From Chthoniobacterales bacterium (lineage in GTDB: Bacteria > Verrucomicrobiota > Verrucomicrobiia > Chthoniobacterales > UBA6821), in assembly GCA_019747895.1 (NCBI GenBank), contig JAIEQF010000019.1, positions 71,363 to 135,362 on the forward strand: a stretch of DNA of 64,000 nucleotides, read 5' to 3'. Position numbers and translations under genes: made by a program. The notes under the pieces were generated by a model that was given only the letters and a program-made list of their open reading frames with translations, was not told the DNA's origin and did not search any database. Positions 27,053 through 37,996 of the stretch are shown here, one piece after another; the stretch's first letter is position 1; each line of letters starts with the position of its first letter.

Positions 27053-27904
27053 ATGTTACTTTCCACTCTAGCTACCACTGTTCCGATTGAAGCAGAGCCG
27101 ATCCTGGCAAAGCTGCACGGTCTTTTTGGGCTGCTCTCTTCGATGACCAATTCGATTTTGGTTTCTATCATTCTTGTGGTGTTGCTCGTGACATGGGCTC
27201 AACGTGCCACGCGTCGTATGGAGTTGATTCCAGGAAAAGCACAGAATTTTTTCGAATTAATCGTGGAAGGATTGTATGAATTTTTTGAAGGAATTGTAGG
27301 GCATCACATGATTGCTAAATCGTTCAGCCTTCTGGCAACGCTTTTTCTCTATATCGTCGCAGCCAATTGGTTTGGATTGCTTCCGGGTGTAGGTTCTATC
27401 GGATGGAAAGAGCATGGGGAATTACTTCCGCTCTTTCGTCCGACAACGGCCGACATGAATACAACAATCGGTTTGGCCATTGTCTTCATGGTTTTTTGGA
27501 TTATTTGGACGTTGCAAGAAATGGGCCTGGTCTCTTTTTTAAAACATCTTTTTGGTGTTAAAGGGGGAGTGAAAGGTTTTATGGCCATTGCGCTGATGCC
27601 AATTTTCTTTTTTGTCGGAATCATTGAAGTTGTTTCCATTTTAATTCGTCCTGTCTCCCTCTCGTTGCGGTTGTTTGGTAACGTTTTTGCCGGAGAAAAT
27701 TTATTGACCACGATGATGTCCCTGGGACAGACCCTTCATTTTCCTGATTGGTTAGCGCATCTCTCGAGCGTTCTTCTTCCTATTCCTTTTTATTTTCTGG
27801 AACTTCTCATTGGAGTTCTGCAAGCTTTTGTCTTTGCGCTCCTCTGCGCTGTTTATCTGAATCTGTCAACCAGTCATGACGAGGCGGAGGCAGAGCTGCA
27901 CTAG
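27053..27904 (+). CDS. atpB: F0F1 ATP synthase subunit a
   Basis: LSLRLFGNVFAGE motif with the essential Arg; multi-TM protein. Confidence 0.95.
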   Translation: MLLSTLATTVPIEAEPILAKLHGLFGLLSSMTNSILVSIILVVLLVTWAQRATRRMELIPGKAQNFFELIVEGLYEFFEGIVGHHMIAKSFSLLATLFLYIVAANWFGLLPGVGSIGWKEHGELLPLFRPTTADMNTTIGLAIVFMVFWIIWTLQEMGLVSFLKHLFGVKGGVKGFMAIALMPIFFFVGIIEVVSILIRPVSLSLRLFGNVFAGENLLTTMMSLGQTLHFPDWLAHLSSVLLPIPFYFLELLIGVLQAFVFALLCAVYLNLSTSHDEAEAELH

Positions 27905-27992
27905 ACTACCATTTTTGTTCTTGGGATTGTGCCAAGCGTGCAAGCAAGAACGAACCAACATCACATAAACATCCATCCTAAATTCTAAAATT

Positions 27993-28235
27993 ATGATTAT
28001 TCCTACAATGATTGCTCAAGCAGTTGCCGCCTCTGGTATCACCGGTAGCTTTACTCTCGCTATTGCTGGAGCAGGTGCTGCTCTCGGTATCGGCATGATT
28101 GGCGCAAAAGCAGTTGAGTCCGTTGGTCGCAATCCAGGCGCTTTCGGTCGTGTTCTTACACTTGCTATTATTGGTATGGCGCTCGCAGAGTCCATCGCGA
28201 TTTATGCCCTAATTCGTGCCTTTAGCAATCAATAA
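27993..28235 (+). CDS. atpE: F0F1 ATP synthase subunit c
   Basis: 80-aa hairpin proteolipid with GRNPGA loop and the carboxylate in IIGMALAESIAIYALI. Confidence 0.95.
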   Translation: MIIPTMIAQAVAASGITGSFTLAIAGAGAALGIGMIGAKAVESVGRNPGAFGRVLTLAIIGMALAESIAIYALIRAFSNQ

Positions 28236-28240
28236 AAAAA

Positions 28241-28435
28241 GTTGAAGGGTTGAAACGTTGAGGGGTTGAAAAGACTTTTTCCCCTCAACTTTCTCTTTTC
28301 AATGCGAGCAGCTTTGTTTTTAAAGTAAATCAGTTCATAAAATAAAAAATGCACGAATGATTATTGGTCTGGATTTTTATTTTCTTCAACCCCTCAACCT
28401 TTCAACAGCTGCGAAGCAGCGCTCAACCTCTCAAC
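28241..28435. repeat. Word-arm hairpin, GTTGAGAG class, inserted between atpE and atpF
   Basis: gttgaagggttgaaacgttgaggggttgaaaag against cttcaacccctcaacctttcaac...gctcaacctctcaac. Also a local 9-bp stem gttgagggg/cccctcaac. Ends 9 nt before the atpF ATG. Confidence 0.9.
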
Positions 28436-28444
28436 TTTCTTCTC

Positions 28445-28954
28445 ATGCATATCCTTACTGAACTCTTTGAAAACTTTGGTGTCGACTGGCCAAAGTTTTT
28501 GGCTCAGACCATCCTTTTTCTGATCGTCTATTTGGTGTTGCGCCGTTTTGCTTTTGCTTCCGTAATTAATATGCTGGAAGAGCGTCGTCGTCGTATTGAA
28601 GAAGGACAACTGAATGCTGAGAAAATCAAGAAACAGCTTGCAGAAGCAGAGCTTCGCTACGAAGAGATCCTACGTAAGGCTCATGCTGACAGTAAAGCCC
28701 TCATTGAAGAGGCTCGCGTAGCCGCAGAGGCTTCCACAAACAAGGAACTTCAGCGTGCGATCAAAGATGCTGAACTCATTATCATTCATGCTAAAGAAGC
28801 TATTGCTATCGATCGTCAACGAATGATTGAAGAAGTAAAAGGCGATATGATCAGCTTGGTGGTGGCCACCACTGAAAAAGTTGCCGGCAAAGTTCTTAAT
28901 GCTGACGATCAACAGCGACTCAATAAAGAAGCAGCTGCAGCGCTTGCTTCTTAA
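28445..28954 (+). CDS. atpF: F0F1 ATP synthase subunit b
   Basis: ORF 28364.. trimmed to the ATG at 28445; the extension is translated repeat arm. One N-terminal TM helix followed by a long charged helix. Confidence 0.9.
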   Translation: MHILTELFENFGVDWPKFLAQTILFLIVYLVLRRFAFASVINMLEERRRRIEEGQLNAEKIKKQLAEAELRYEEILRKAHADSKALIEEARVAAEASTNKELQRAIKDAELIIIHAKEAIAIDRQRMIEEVKGDMISLVVATTEKVAGKVLNADDQQRLNKEAAAALAS

Positions 28955-28986
28955 TCCTAAATTTTTTTCCACTTTTAATTCTCCAC

Positions 28987-29370
28987 ATGAAAATTCCTCG
29001 CGAAGCCCAACGTCATGCACGTCGTCTCTTTGATGCGTCGTTTGTCGAAGGACGTCTTGATGCTAAGCGCAGCCTTGATGTGGCTGATGCTCTGGTTGCA
29101 ACAAGACCACGTCATGGATTTCAGATTTTGAAGGAATTTGTTCGCCTTGTTCGTTTAGAAATTCAAAAACACACCGCTCTTATTGAAAGTGCTGTTGCTT
29201 TAAGCGAAGCTTCTCAAACAGTCATTGCTGCTGCTTTAAAAGCACGTGATCCTCAAATGGAAGTAACAGCTGCAATTAACGCTTCTCTCATTGGTGGCAC
29301 TCGGATCCGCTTGGGGAGTGATGTTTGGGATGGAACGATCCTCAAACGCCTCGAACAATTAAAAAGCTAA
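28987..29370 (+). CDS. atpH: F0F1 ATP synthase subunit delta (short, 127 aa)
   Basis: Operon position and the OSCP-like C-terminus LIGGTRIRLGSDVWDGTILKRLEQLK. Confidence 0.8.
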   Translation: MKIPREAQRHARRLFDASFVEGRLDAKRSLDVADALVATRPRHGFQILKEFVRLVRLEIQKHTALIESAVALSEASQTVIAAALKARDPQMEVTAAINASLIGGTRIRLGSDVWDGTILKRLEQLKS

Positions 29371-29473
29371 CTACTAAAAACGAGCAACCATTTTTTTAAA
29401 CTTTTTTACTTCAACTTCAACCTTGTCCCCGCGTAGGTGGGGATCCACAATCTCAAACTCCTAAACTTTTAAA

Positions 29474-31009
29474 ATGAGCACTCTTCTACAAGACCTAGAA
29501 CAAAAAATCGGCGCCCTTCGCGATGCGACCGTTACTAAAAGCAATGTCGGCACCGTTCGCGAAATTGGCGATGGTGTTGCCCGCATCGAAGGCTTGAGCG
29601 GTGTCATGCTCAACGAAATGTTAAAATTTCCTGGTGATGTTTACGGTATCGCTTTGAATTTGGAAGAGACTGAAGTGGGTGCGATTATCCTTGGTGACTA
29701 CACTAAGATCAGTGAAGGGGATGAAGTCACAACGACTGGCCGCCTCCTCCAGGTTCCTGTTGGCAAGCAGCTTCTCGGTCGTGTTGTCGATGCACTCGGT
29801 CGTCCAATTGATGGAAAAGGAGAGATTGGCGCTACTGAATTTTACCCTGTTGAAAAAATTGCTCCTGGTATCATCAAACGTCAAGGTGTTACTCAACCAG
29901 TACAGACTGGTATCATGGCAATTGATGCGATGGTTCCCGTCGGACGTGGTCAACGCGAATTGATCATTGGAGATCGTGCAACAGGAAAGACAACGATTGC
30001 GATTGATACGATTATTAATCAAGCCCGCATCAATCGTGCTGGCGAAGAGAGTGGTGATCCTTCCTTCCGCCCGCTCTATTCTATCTACGTTGGTATCGGA
30101 CAACGTGTGGCCAACATCGCTCGTGTTGTCAGTGTGCTTGAAAAAAATGATGCTCTCAAATATACAATCATCATTGCTTCGACTGCTTCCAATGCTGCTG
30201 CAGATCAATACTTGTCTCCGTTTTCCGGAGCTGCGATGGGCGAATGGTTCATGGATCATGGAATGGATGCCTTGATCGTTTTTGATGATCTTTCTAAACA
30301 CGCCGTTGCTTATCGTCAAATTTCTCTCTTGCTCAAACGTCCATCTGGTCGTGAAGCTTATCCCGGAGATGTCTTCTACCTTCACAGCCGCTTGCTAGAG
30401 CGCTCTGCGCGTCTCAGTGAAAAAGCTGGTAACGGTTCGCTCACAGCGCTTCCGATTATTGAAACACAAGCTGGTGACGTCTCTGCTTATATTCCGACGA
30501 ATGTGATTTCGATTACCGACGGTCAGATTTATCTCGAGACCGATCTTTTCTATCAAGGAATTCGTCCTGCGATTTCGGTAGGTCTCTCTGTTTCTCGTGT
30601 CGGTTCCGCCGCACAGATCAAAGCGATGAAGCAAGTTGCTGGAAAACTCAAAGGTGATCTTGCTCAATTCCGTGAGCTCGCGGCGTTTGCTCAATTTGGA
30701 AGCGATCTTGATGCCCGCACCAAAGCTCAATTAGACCGTGGGCAACGTATTGTTGAGCTCTTTAAGCAGACACAATACCGTCCGCTTGCTGTAGAGCTTC
30801 AGTCAGCCATCCTCTGGGCGATGCAGAAAGGTTATTTTGATGCGACTCCAGCAGATAAAGTAAAAGTTTATCAAAACGAAATGGAAGAATTCCTCGCGAC
30901 ACGTAAAGCCCCTATCTTGGCTTCGATTCTTGCTAAAAAAGCTATTGATGCAGAAGTTGAGAAAGAGTTGGGTGCCGCACTCGATGAATTTAAAGCTTCT
31001 GTACGATAA
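29474..31009 (+). CDS. atpA: F0F1 ATP synthase subunit alpha
   Basis: GDRATGKT Walker A and overall alpha-subunit sequence. Confidence 0.97.
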   Translation: MSTLLQDLEQKIGALRDATVTKSNVGTVREIGDGVARIEGLSGVMLNEMLKFPGDVYGIALNLEETEVGAIILGDYTKISEGDEVTTTGRLLQVPVGKQLLGRVVDALGRPIDGKGEIGATEFYPVEKIAPGIIKRQGVTQPVQTGIMAIDAMVPVGRGQRELIIGDRATGKTTIAIDTIINQARINRAGEESGDPSFRPLYSIYVGIGQRVANIARVVSVLEKNDALKYTIIIASTASNAAADQYLSPFSGAAMGEWFMDHGMDALIVFDDLSKHAVAYRQISLLLKRPSGREAYPGDVFYLHSRLLERSARLSEKAGNGSLTALPIIETQAGDVSAYIPTNVISITDGQIYLETDLFYQGIRPAISVGLSVSRVGSAAQIKAMKQVAGKLKGDLAQFRELAAFAQFGSDLDARTKAQLDRGQRIVELFKQTQYRPLAVELQSAILWAMQKGYFDATPADKVKVYQNEMEEFLATRKAPILASILAKKAIDAEVEKELGAALDEFKASVR

Positions 31010-31041
31010 TTCGTAGTAACTTCTTTTTTTAATTTCCTAGC

Positions 31042-31956
31042 ATGCCCAACACTCGCGACATTCGCCGACGCATTAAGTCGGTTAAGAACACCGCTCAAAT
31101 CACGAAAGCGATGGAGATGGTGGCTGCCTCGAAGATGCGACGCGCACAGCAGGCTGCTGTTGCGGGGCGTCCTTATTCGGAAGTACTCAATCACGTTCTT
31201 GTTTCGTTGCGAGATCGCGTTGATGCTACAGAACATCCTCTTTTAGAAGTCCGTGAGGTGAAGAAAACATTGGTGCTCCTCATCACTTCCGATAAAGGAC
31301 TTTGCGGTGCTCTCAACACCAACGTGCTGCGTGATGCTTCTCAGCTAGATGTGGATGCGACTGAGTTTGTCGTTATCGGTAAGAAAGGTGCTTCTTTCCT
31401 AGCCCGGACAGGACGCAAGATGATTGCTGACTTCATCCTTCCAGATCACCCTACTTTTTTACAAACGAAACCTATTTCCAAACTTTGTATGGAAAAGTTT
31501 CTTTCGGGGGAAGTCGATAAAGTCACCGTGCTCTATCCTCAGTTTGTGAACACACTGGTGCAAAAACCAGTTCATCTCGGATTGCTTCCTATCACTGCTG
31601 AAAAAGTTCAGGGAACGACCGCTATTCCACTCCCTCATCATTCAGAATCAGCGGCTGTACCTGCTGGACCAGCTTCTGCTGAAGCAGAACAAGCCATTAG
31701 CGAATATCTTTTTGAGCCTTCTTCCCAAGAAGTGCTTCATGCCATCTTGCCTTATTATTTTCATTTTGAAATTTTCCAAAAGATCCTTGATTCACGCGCC
31801 TCGGAACAGAGTGCTCGCATGGTTGCAATGAAAGCAGCTACCGACAACGCAAAGGGACTCGTGAAAGATCTGACCTTGGAATACAACAAAGCTCGTCAAG
31901 CTGGTATTACAACCGAGCTCCTCGAAATTTCAACAGCGCAGATGGCTTTAGGCTAA
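31042..31956 (+). CDS. atpG: F0F1 ATP synthase subunit gamma
   Basis: N-terminus RRIKSVKNTAQITKAMEMVAASKMRRAQ and C-terminus ARQAGITTELLEI. Confidence 0.95.
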   Translation: MPNTRDIRRRIKSVKNTAQITKAMEMVAASKMRRAQQAAVAGRPYSEVLNHVLVSLRDRVDATEHPLLEVREVKKTLVLLITSDKGLCGALNTNVLRDASQLDVDATEFVVIGKKGASFLARTGRKMIADFILPDHPTFLQTKPISKLCMEKFLSGEVDKVTVLYPQFVNTLVQKPVHLGLLPITAEKVQGTTAIPLPHHSESAAVPAGPASAEAEQAISEYLFEPSSQEVLHAILPYYFHFEIFQKILDSRASEQSARMVAMKAATDNAKGLVKDLTLEYNKARQAGITTELLEISTAQMALG

Positions 31957-33597
<1,641 letters not shown>

Positions 33598-33625
33598 GTT
33601 GTTTCTAAATTTCTAAACTTTTCTT

Positions 33626-34036
33626 ATGGCTACGTTACACTTAGAAATCGTCACTCCTGACGCGCGTATCTACGAAGCAGATGTCGATCAAGTTGTCGTG
33701 CCTGGTGTCGAAGGTGAGCTCGGTATTCTTCCGCAGCACGTTCCGCTCATGACCCAACTTCAACCAGGAGAACTCCGCATTTATCAAAATGGCAAAGAGA
33801 GTCGTCTTGCGGTTGGAGAAGGGTTTATTGAGGTGCGTCCTGACAAAGTCTCCGTCTTGACCGACATGGCCATTCATGAGGCTGACATCGATGAGAAGGC
33901 TGTCGAAGAAGCAATAGCACGTGCAGAAAAAGAGATCAGGGATCAAGCGCTGGGTCATGAAGAGTTGGCTACGGTGCAGGCTTCGTTGCAGAAGTCGCTG
34001 GCTAAGCTACGCGTCAAGCGGCGCCACCACCATTAA
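33626..34036 (+). CDS. atpC: F0F1 ATP synthase subunit epsilon
   Basis: Operon position and the N-terminal beta-sandwich sequence LEIVTPD...VVPGVEGELGILPQHVPL. Confidence 0.93.
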   Translation: MATLHLEIVTPDARIYEADVDQVVVPGVEGELGILPQHVPLMTQLQPGELRIYQNGKESRLAVGEGFIEVRPDKVSVLTDMAIHEADIDEKAVEEAIARAEKEIRDQALGHEELATVQASLQKSLAKLRVKRRHHH

Positions 34037-34055
34037 CTGCCTCATTAATTGCAAC

Positions 34056-34134
34056 TTGCTCGCTCCCGCGAGGCTCGCCCCTGTGGGGCTGCCTTTGGCA
34101 TTTGATCCGGCGGCTCTGCCACGCCGCACGTATG
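34056..34134 (+). repeat. GC-rich B-module, copy 4 of 5
   Basis: ttgctcgctcccgcgaggctcgcccctgtggggctgcctttggcatttgatccggcggctctgccacgccgcacgtatg. Confidence 0.85.
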
Positions 34135-34192
34135 TACTGCTGCAGCGAAGAGCTGTGTCGCGCCAGTGCTCGCGTCATCGAGTATTAGCATA

Positions 34193-34358
34193 TATAGTCA
34201 AATTACTTAGAACTTACAAGCAACTGATTTGTCCTTTTTGGGAAAAGACTGCGTTCTCATCCCGTCATGTTATCGTTTAGATAGCGCTCGGTCTTCGGCC
34301 TGGCCTTTTCTAAAAATTCCTGCGTTCTTCCCTGTAATTTCTAAGTAATTTGATTATA
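34193..34358. mobile_element. MITE-like element, copy 1 (about 28-nt terminal inverted repeats, TA on both flanks)
   Basis: tatagtcaaattacttagaacttacaag against the reverse complement of cctgtaatttctaagtaatttgattata (25 of 28). 8 differences in 166 nt compared with 55801-55966. It sits between an E-module (34165-34190) and a D-module (34357-34423). Confidence 0.85.
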
Positions 34359-34503
34359 CACTCAGCCGCTGTGCGCTGTCGCTCCTTGTTCTTCATCCGC
34401 ATCAGCGAATTCCTAAGGCAGTTTAACCCTAGTTTTGCTGTTCCTGTTTTTTTAATGATGATTTCCTTGAAAAAATAAGCATTGTGATTTAGGTTTTGGG
34501 CCT

Positions 34504-35394
34504 ATGAAAAAATTTCTTCTAGCTTGCTGCGTGCTTCTTAGTGCAATGACTTTTTCTTCGATGCTCCTCGCATCTGTTATGAAATATGAAGAACCTGGTC
34601 TTGTGCTTCCGATGCCACAAGCAAGTGATTTAAAGGATGATCAACTTCTTGAGATTGGAATTAAAGTTTGGCAAAATCAGTGCGGCGTTTGGGATCATCC
34701 AGGAAAAGTGACCCATGACATGAAGAAGGGCATTACTTCTTGGGAAGCTGATTATGCCTTGATTGGAATCGGTCAATACATTTGGTATCCTGCTGATGAA
34801 GATAAAAATTTTCAAGAAGATTGGCCTCGTGTTGCTCAAGCACTGAAAGATAAAGGTTATCCTATTGAAGACTGGATGTTGGAAGCTTGTCCTTGGAACA
34901 ATAGTGAAGAATTTTTTGCCGACTTTAATGGTGATCGTTTGAAGTCCTTGAGAAAAATGCTCGCTAAGAAAGCCCTTATCATTGAGCAAGCACGTTGTAT
35001 TGCAACACGACTAGATGAGTCACTGGATAAAATGAAAGCAGCCATTGATGCAGAGAGTGGCATTACTAACGAAGAGAAGACTGTGTTGAAGCAAATGCTG
35101 AGTGATCATTTTTATCAAGTAGCCACGGATGATTATCCTCGAGGTCTCTATGCCTTGATGGACTATGTGCATTTCAAAGGGGAGGGAGTACTTCCTACGG
35201 AAACGATCAATGGTGTTGGTTGGGGATTGCGTCAAGCCCTAGAGCAGATGGATGACAAGATTATAGCTAAAACAGGATCAGTTGCTGCTTTTGTCGATAC
35301 TACCATTGCAATGTTTCCTTCTCGAGAAACGAATGAATATTTTAAAGATCGGATGGAGACTTATCTGACTTTTAATCCTGACAAAGTAAAATAA
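34504..35394 (+). CDS. Secreted protein of unknown function
   Basis: Signal peptide MKKFLLACCVLLSAMTFSSMLLAS. A 296-aa globular-looking sequence with no family recognised. Confidence 0.65.
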   Translation: MKKFLLACCVLLSAMTFSSMLLASVMKYEEPGLVLPMPQASDLKDDQLLEIGIKVWQNQCGVWDHPGKVTHDMKKGITSWEADYALIGIGQYIWYPADEDKNFQEDWPRVAQALKDKGYPIEDWMLEACPWNNSEEFFADFNGDRLKSLRKMLAKKALIIEQARCIATRLDESLDKMKAAIDAESGITNEEKTVLKQMLSDHFYQVATDDYPRGLYALMDYVHFKGEGVLPTETINGVGWGLRQALEQMDDKIIAKTGSVAAFVDTTIAMFPSRETNEYFKDRMETYLTFNPDKVK

Positions 35395-35405
35395 ATTCAT
35401 TTGCT

Positions 35406-36005
35406 TTGTTTTACGTTCTTTCATCTTCAGATTTCTTAACTCAGCTTCTTGCTGAAGGGAAAAATTTCATTGGACAAATTGCATTAGGCAATAATTTTTC
35501 TTTGAGGCATCGTGAAGATGCCAACGTTGATGCGAGCGAGCTCAAGCTCTATGAGTATCCCGAGGCTGCGCGTGAGATTGCTCGTTATGATGAAAAAGGA
35601 AACTATCGACCGTTAAAGACAGCTCCTAGCTTATGCCGAGGTTGGTTGCTGCAACTGCAAAATATAGAAGAGATGGCGCTGGCCCTGGAATTTTTTTATC
35701 CAGCAGCGCTGACTCTTTATGGAGCTTGGTTCCAAAAAAAGTTAGAAATAACTTCGTTGCGAGAGACGCTTGATCGTCAGACTGGGATGTATCGTGTGAC
35801 GCAGAAGCTGAGTGATGAGCAGGCGACCGCACTCATTCAAAAAAACTGTCAGGAAGGGTGTCTCAGAAAAATTCTTTGGCCTGTGACTGCTGATCAAGAA
35901 GCGGGGCCGTTGATCGTTAGAGAAAATGAAATTCCACTTCTTTGCAGAGAGGCTTGTAATCTACTTGTAGCGGCTGCACGCAAAGTGGTGAAGCAGGAAA
36001 AATGA
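35406..36005 (+). CDS. Conserved-looking hypothetical protein (199 aa), non-ATG start
   Basis: TTG start 11 nt after the upstream stop; no in-frame ATG for about 90 codons. Contains YRPLKTAPSLCRGWLLQL and a Cys-rich C-terminal region (CQEGCLRK...CREACN). Confidence 0.55.
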   Translation: MFYVLSSSDFLTQLLAEGKNFIGQIALGNNFSLRHREDANVDASELKLYEYPEAAREIARYDEKGNYRPLKTAPSLCRGWLLQLQNIEEMALALEFFYPAALTLYGAWFQKKLEITSLRETLDRQTGMYRVTQKLSDEQATALIQKNCQEGCLRKILWPVTADQEAGPLIVRENEIPLLCREACNLLVAAARKVVKQEK

Positions 36006-36033
36006 TAGGTGGTGGAGATTCAAATAAAATAGC

Positions 36034-37293
36034 ATGTTGAAGTTCTCTCAGCCTCCAGCCTCCAGCCTCCAGTCAATATTCTATCGTGCTCGCTATGTGA
36101 TGCCGATGGGTGCTCCTCCTATTGAGGATGGAGGTGTCGTGGTGCAAGATGGAATGATTGTTGCTGTTGGAAAGTACACCGATTTACACTCCCAATTTTC
36201 TTCTGCAATTTATCATGATCTTGGTGAAATTATTTTAATGCCAGGTCTCATCAATGCTCATTGCCATCTCGATTATACGATGATGAGAAATCAGCTGCAG
36301 TCTGGAAGTGGCTTTACATCTTGGATTCAAGGCCTCAACAAAATAAAATTTTCACTCGAAGAAGAAGATGTTGTAACGGCAATGGTGCAAGGTTGGGAAG
36401 AGCTTTATTCATGGGGATGTACCTCTGTTGCCAACATCATTTCTTTTCCACGACTGTTAGAAAAACTTCCTGCGTCTCCACTGCGTCTCTGGCAGCTGAT
36501 TGAAGTCATGGACATTCGTGGGTCGGAACAGGGGAAGGAGGGACTGCAGGTTGTGGAAGATTTTTTAAAACAGAATCATAAAGGTGATCGTGATAGAAAA
36601 ATAAAATTTGGTATTTCGCCTCATGCTCCGCAAACCACGTCCCAAGGGCTTTACCGATGTTCTGCCGGCCTTGCGCAACAATATCACATTCCTTTTTGCA
36701 CGCATCTTGCAGAATCAGAAGAAGAATTTGAAATGTTCACTCAAGGAAGTGGTATGCTCTTTGATTTTTTGAAAAGTTTTGGACGCAATATGAGTGATTG
36801 TGGTTTTCAAACGCCTGTACAAGCGCTTTTGAATAATGATCTGCTGCCGCACGGAGCGCTGCTCGTGCATATGAATTGTCTCACTGCCAAAGATCGTGAG
36901 CTCCTCACACAGCGCGGCAATGATTTCTTTATTGTGCATTGTCCCAAGACGCATCGCTTTTTTGAACGAGCTCCGTTTGATTGGAATTTTTTTAAAAAAA
37001 ATCAATATCGCCTTTTGCTAGGAACCGACAGTCTTGCAAGTAATGACGAACTCAATCTTTTTTCAGAAATGCAACTCATGGCTGCAACCGCACCAGAACT
37101 AGCTGCGAAGGAAATTTTAAAAATGGTCACGCTGCACCCTGCGGAAGCGCTTGGAATGCAGGGAAAGATCGGAGAGCTCCGTGCTGGTGCTTTTGCAGAT
37201 ATGATTACGATTCCTTTTGAGGGAAGGTTGAGCGATGTTTCTCAAGCTGTGATTGAAAACAAAACGTCGCCAATGATATTCTATTCGGTCTGA
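36034..37293 (+). CDS. Amidohydrolase-family protein (nucleoside/aminofutalosine-deaminase or chlorohydrolase-like)
   Basis: Metal-binding HxH in MPGLINAHCHLDYT, HLAESEEE, and a C-terminal GTDSLASN. Confidence 0.8.
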   Translation: MLKFSQPPASSLQSIFYRARYVMPMGAPPIEDGGVVVQDGMIVAVGKYTDLHSQFSSAIYHDLGEIILMPGLINAHCHLDYTMMRNQLQSGSGFTSWIQGLNKIKFSLEEEDVVTAMVQGWEELYSWGCTSVANIISFPRLLEKLPASPLRLWQLIEVMDIRGSEQGKEGLQVVEDFLKQNHKGDRDRKIKFGISPHAPQTTSQGLYRCSAGLAQQYHIPFCTHLAESEEEFEMFTQGSGMLFDFLKSFGRNMSDCGFQTPVQALLNNDLLPHGALLVHMNCLTAKDRELLTQRGNDFFIVHCPKTHRFFERAPFDWNFFKKNQYRLLLGTDSLASNDELNLFSEMQLMAATAPELAAKEILKMVTLHPAEALGMQGKIGELRAGAFADMITIPFEGRLSDVSQAVIENKTSPMIFYSV

Positions 37294-37373
37294 GAAAAAT
37301 GAATCGCTATTTTTCCAGTGACTATTTTTATGATCTGCTATAGAGGTCAAGGAAACCTTTAACTAAAAAACTG

Positions 37374-37781
37374 ATGGATAGAATTCCACCGCGCTCTCTC
37401 TTCGCTGATTTTAATGCAGAAATAACTACTCCGTCTCTTGGCGCTCAAGAACACCCTCCTGAGGCACTCGGTGTTACTAGTGCAGGTATAACAGTAAGAC
37501 AGGAAATGACGTCGCGAGGAGTGCTGCCAGGTTATACGACCCCTCCAAGGAGCCCTAGGCCTCAACCTACAGTTTGTACTCCCGTACAGGAAGAAAGAAG
37601 AGGAAGGGCGGAAGAAACGACGCCAATCAGAGGTGTGAAAAAAAATTTGGATTCAATATTCGCTGGAGGAAAAAAAAGATCGTTGACAGGAGATGAAGAA
37701 CCAGATTTTCATAAAAAAAATCGCCGGGATGATGATTTTCCACCACCACCGCCCCCAACTGCGATTTCAATTGGGGCTTAA
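37374..37781 (+). CDS. Proline-rich, basic, predicted disordered 135-aa protein
   Basis: ATG ORF in an otherwise empty 700-nt gap. TPPRSPRPQP, basic patches GGKKRSL and HKKNRR, and a terminal FPPPPPPT run. Coding status not proven. Confidence 0.5.
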   Translation: MDRIPPRSLFADFNAEITTPSLGAQEHPPEALGVTSAGITVRQEMTSRGVLPGYTTPPRSPRPQPTVCTPVQEERRGRAEETTPIRGVKKNLDSIFAGGKKRSLTGDEEPDFHKKNRRDDDFPPPPPPTAISIGA

Positions 37782-37866
37782 ACTTCTTTAACTCTCATCA
37801 CTCTTGCCCAAAATAGAAATCAATAACAGAAATAAGAGGACTCGGTTTGCTTTGTAGGCCTACTTT

Positions 37867-37925
37867 GGTTGAAGCGTTGAGGGGGCGCAATACGAGATCT
37901 TTTCAACGTTTCAACATTTCAACTC
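37867..37925. repeat. Word-arm hairpin, GTTGAGAG class (short)
   Basis: ggttgaagcgttgaggggg against cttttcaacgtttcaacatttcaactc. Confidence 0.7.
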
Positions 37926-37996
37926 TGTTCGCAGCAATAAAAAGTATTCTTATTTCAAATTAAATAATCGTCTTGGACAGCAATAAACTCTCATTT

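Noticed and set aside
29621-30385. Long antisense ORFs inside strongly conserved genes. Examples are 29621..30385 in atpA, 32173..33069 in atpD, 47427..48020 and 48060..48473 in icd, 44895..45326 in carB, and 14687..15073 in lepA.
   Set aside because: They lie entirely opposite genes with unambiguous family motifs and have odd composition with no motifs of their own. They are shadow ORFs typical of the complementary strand.
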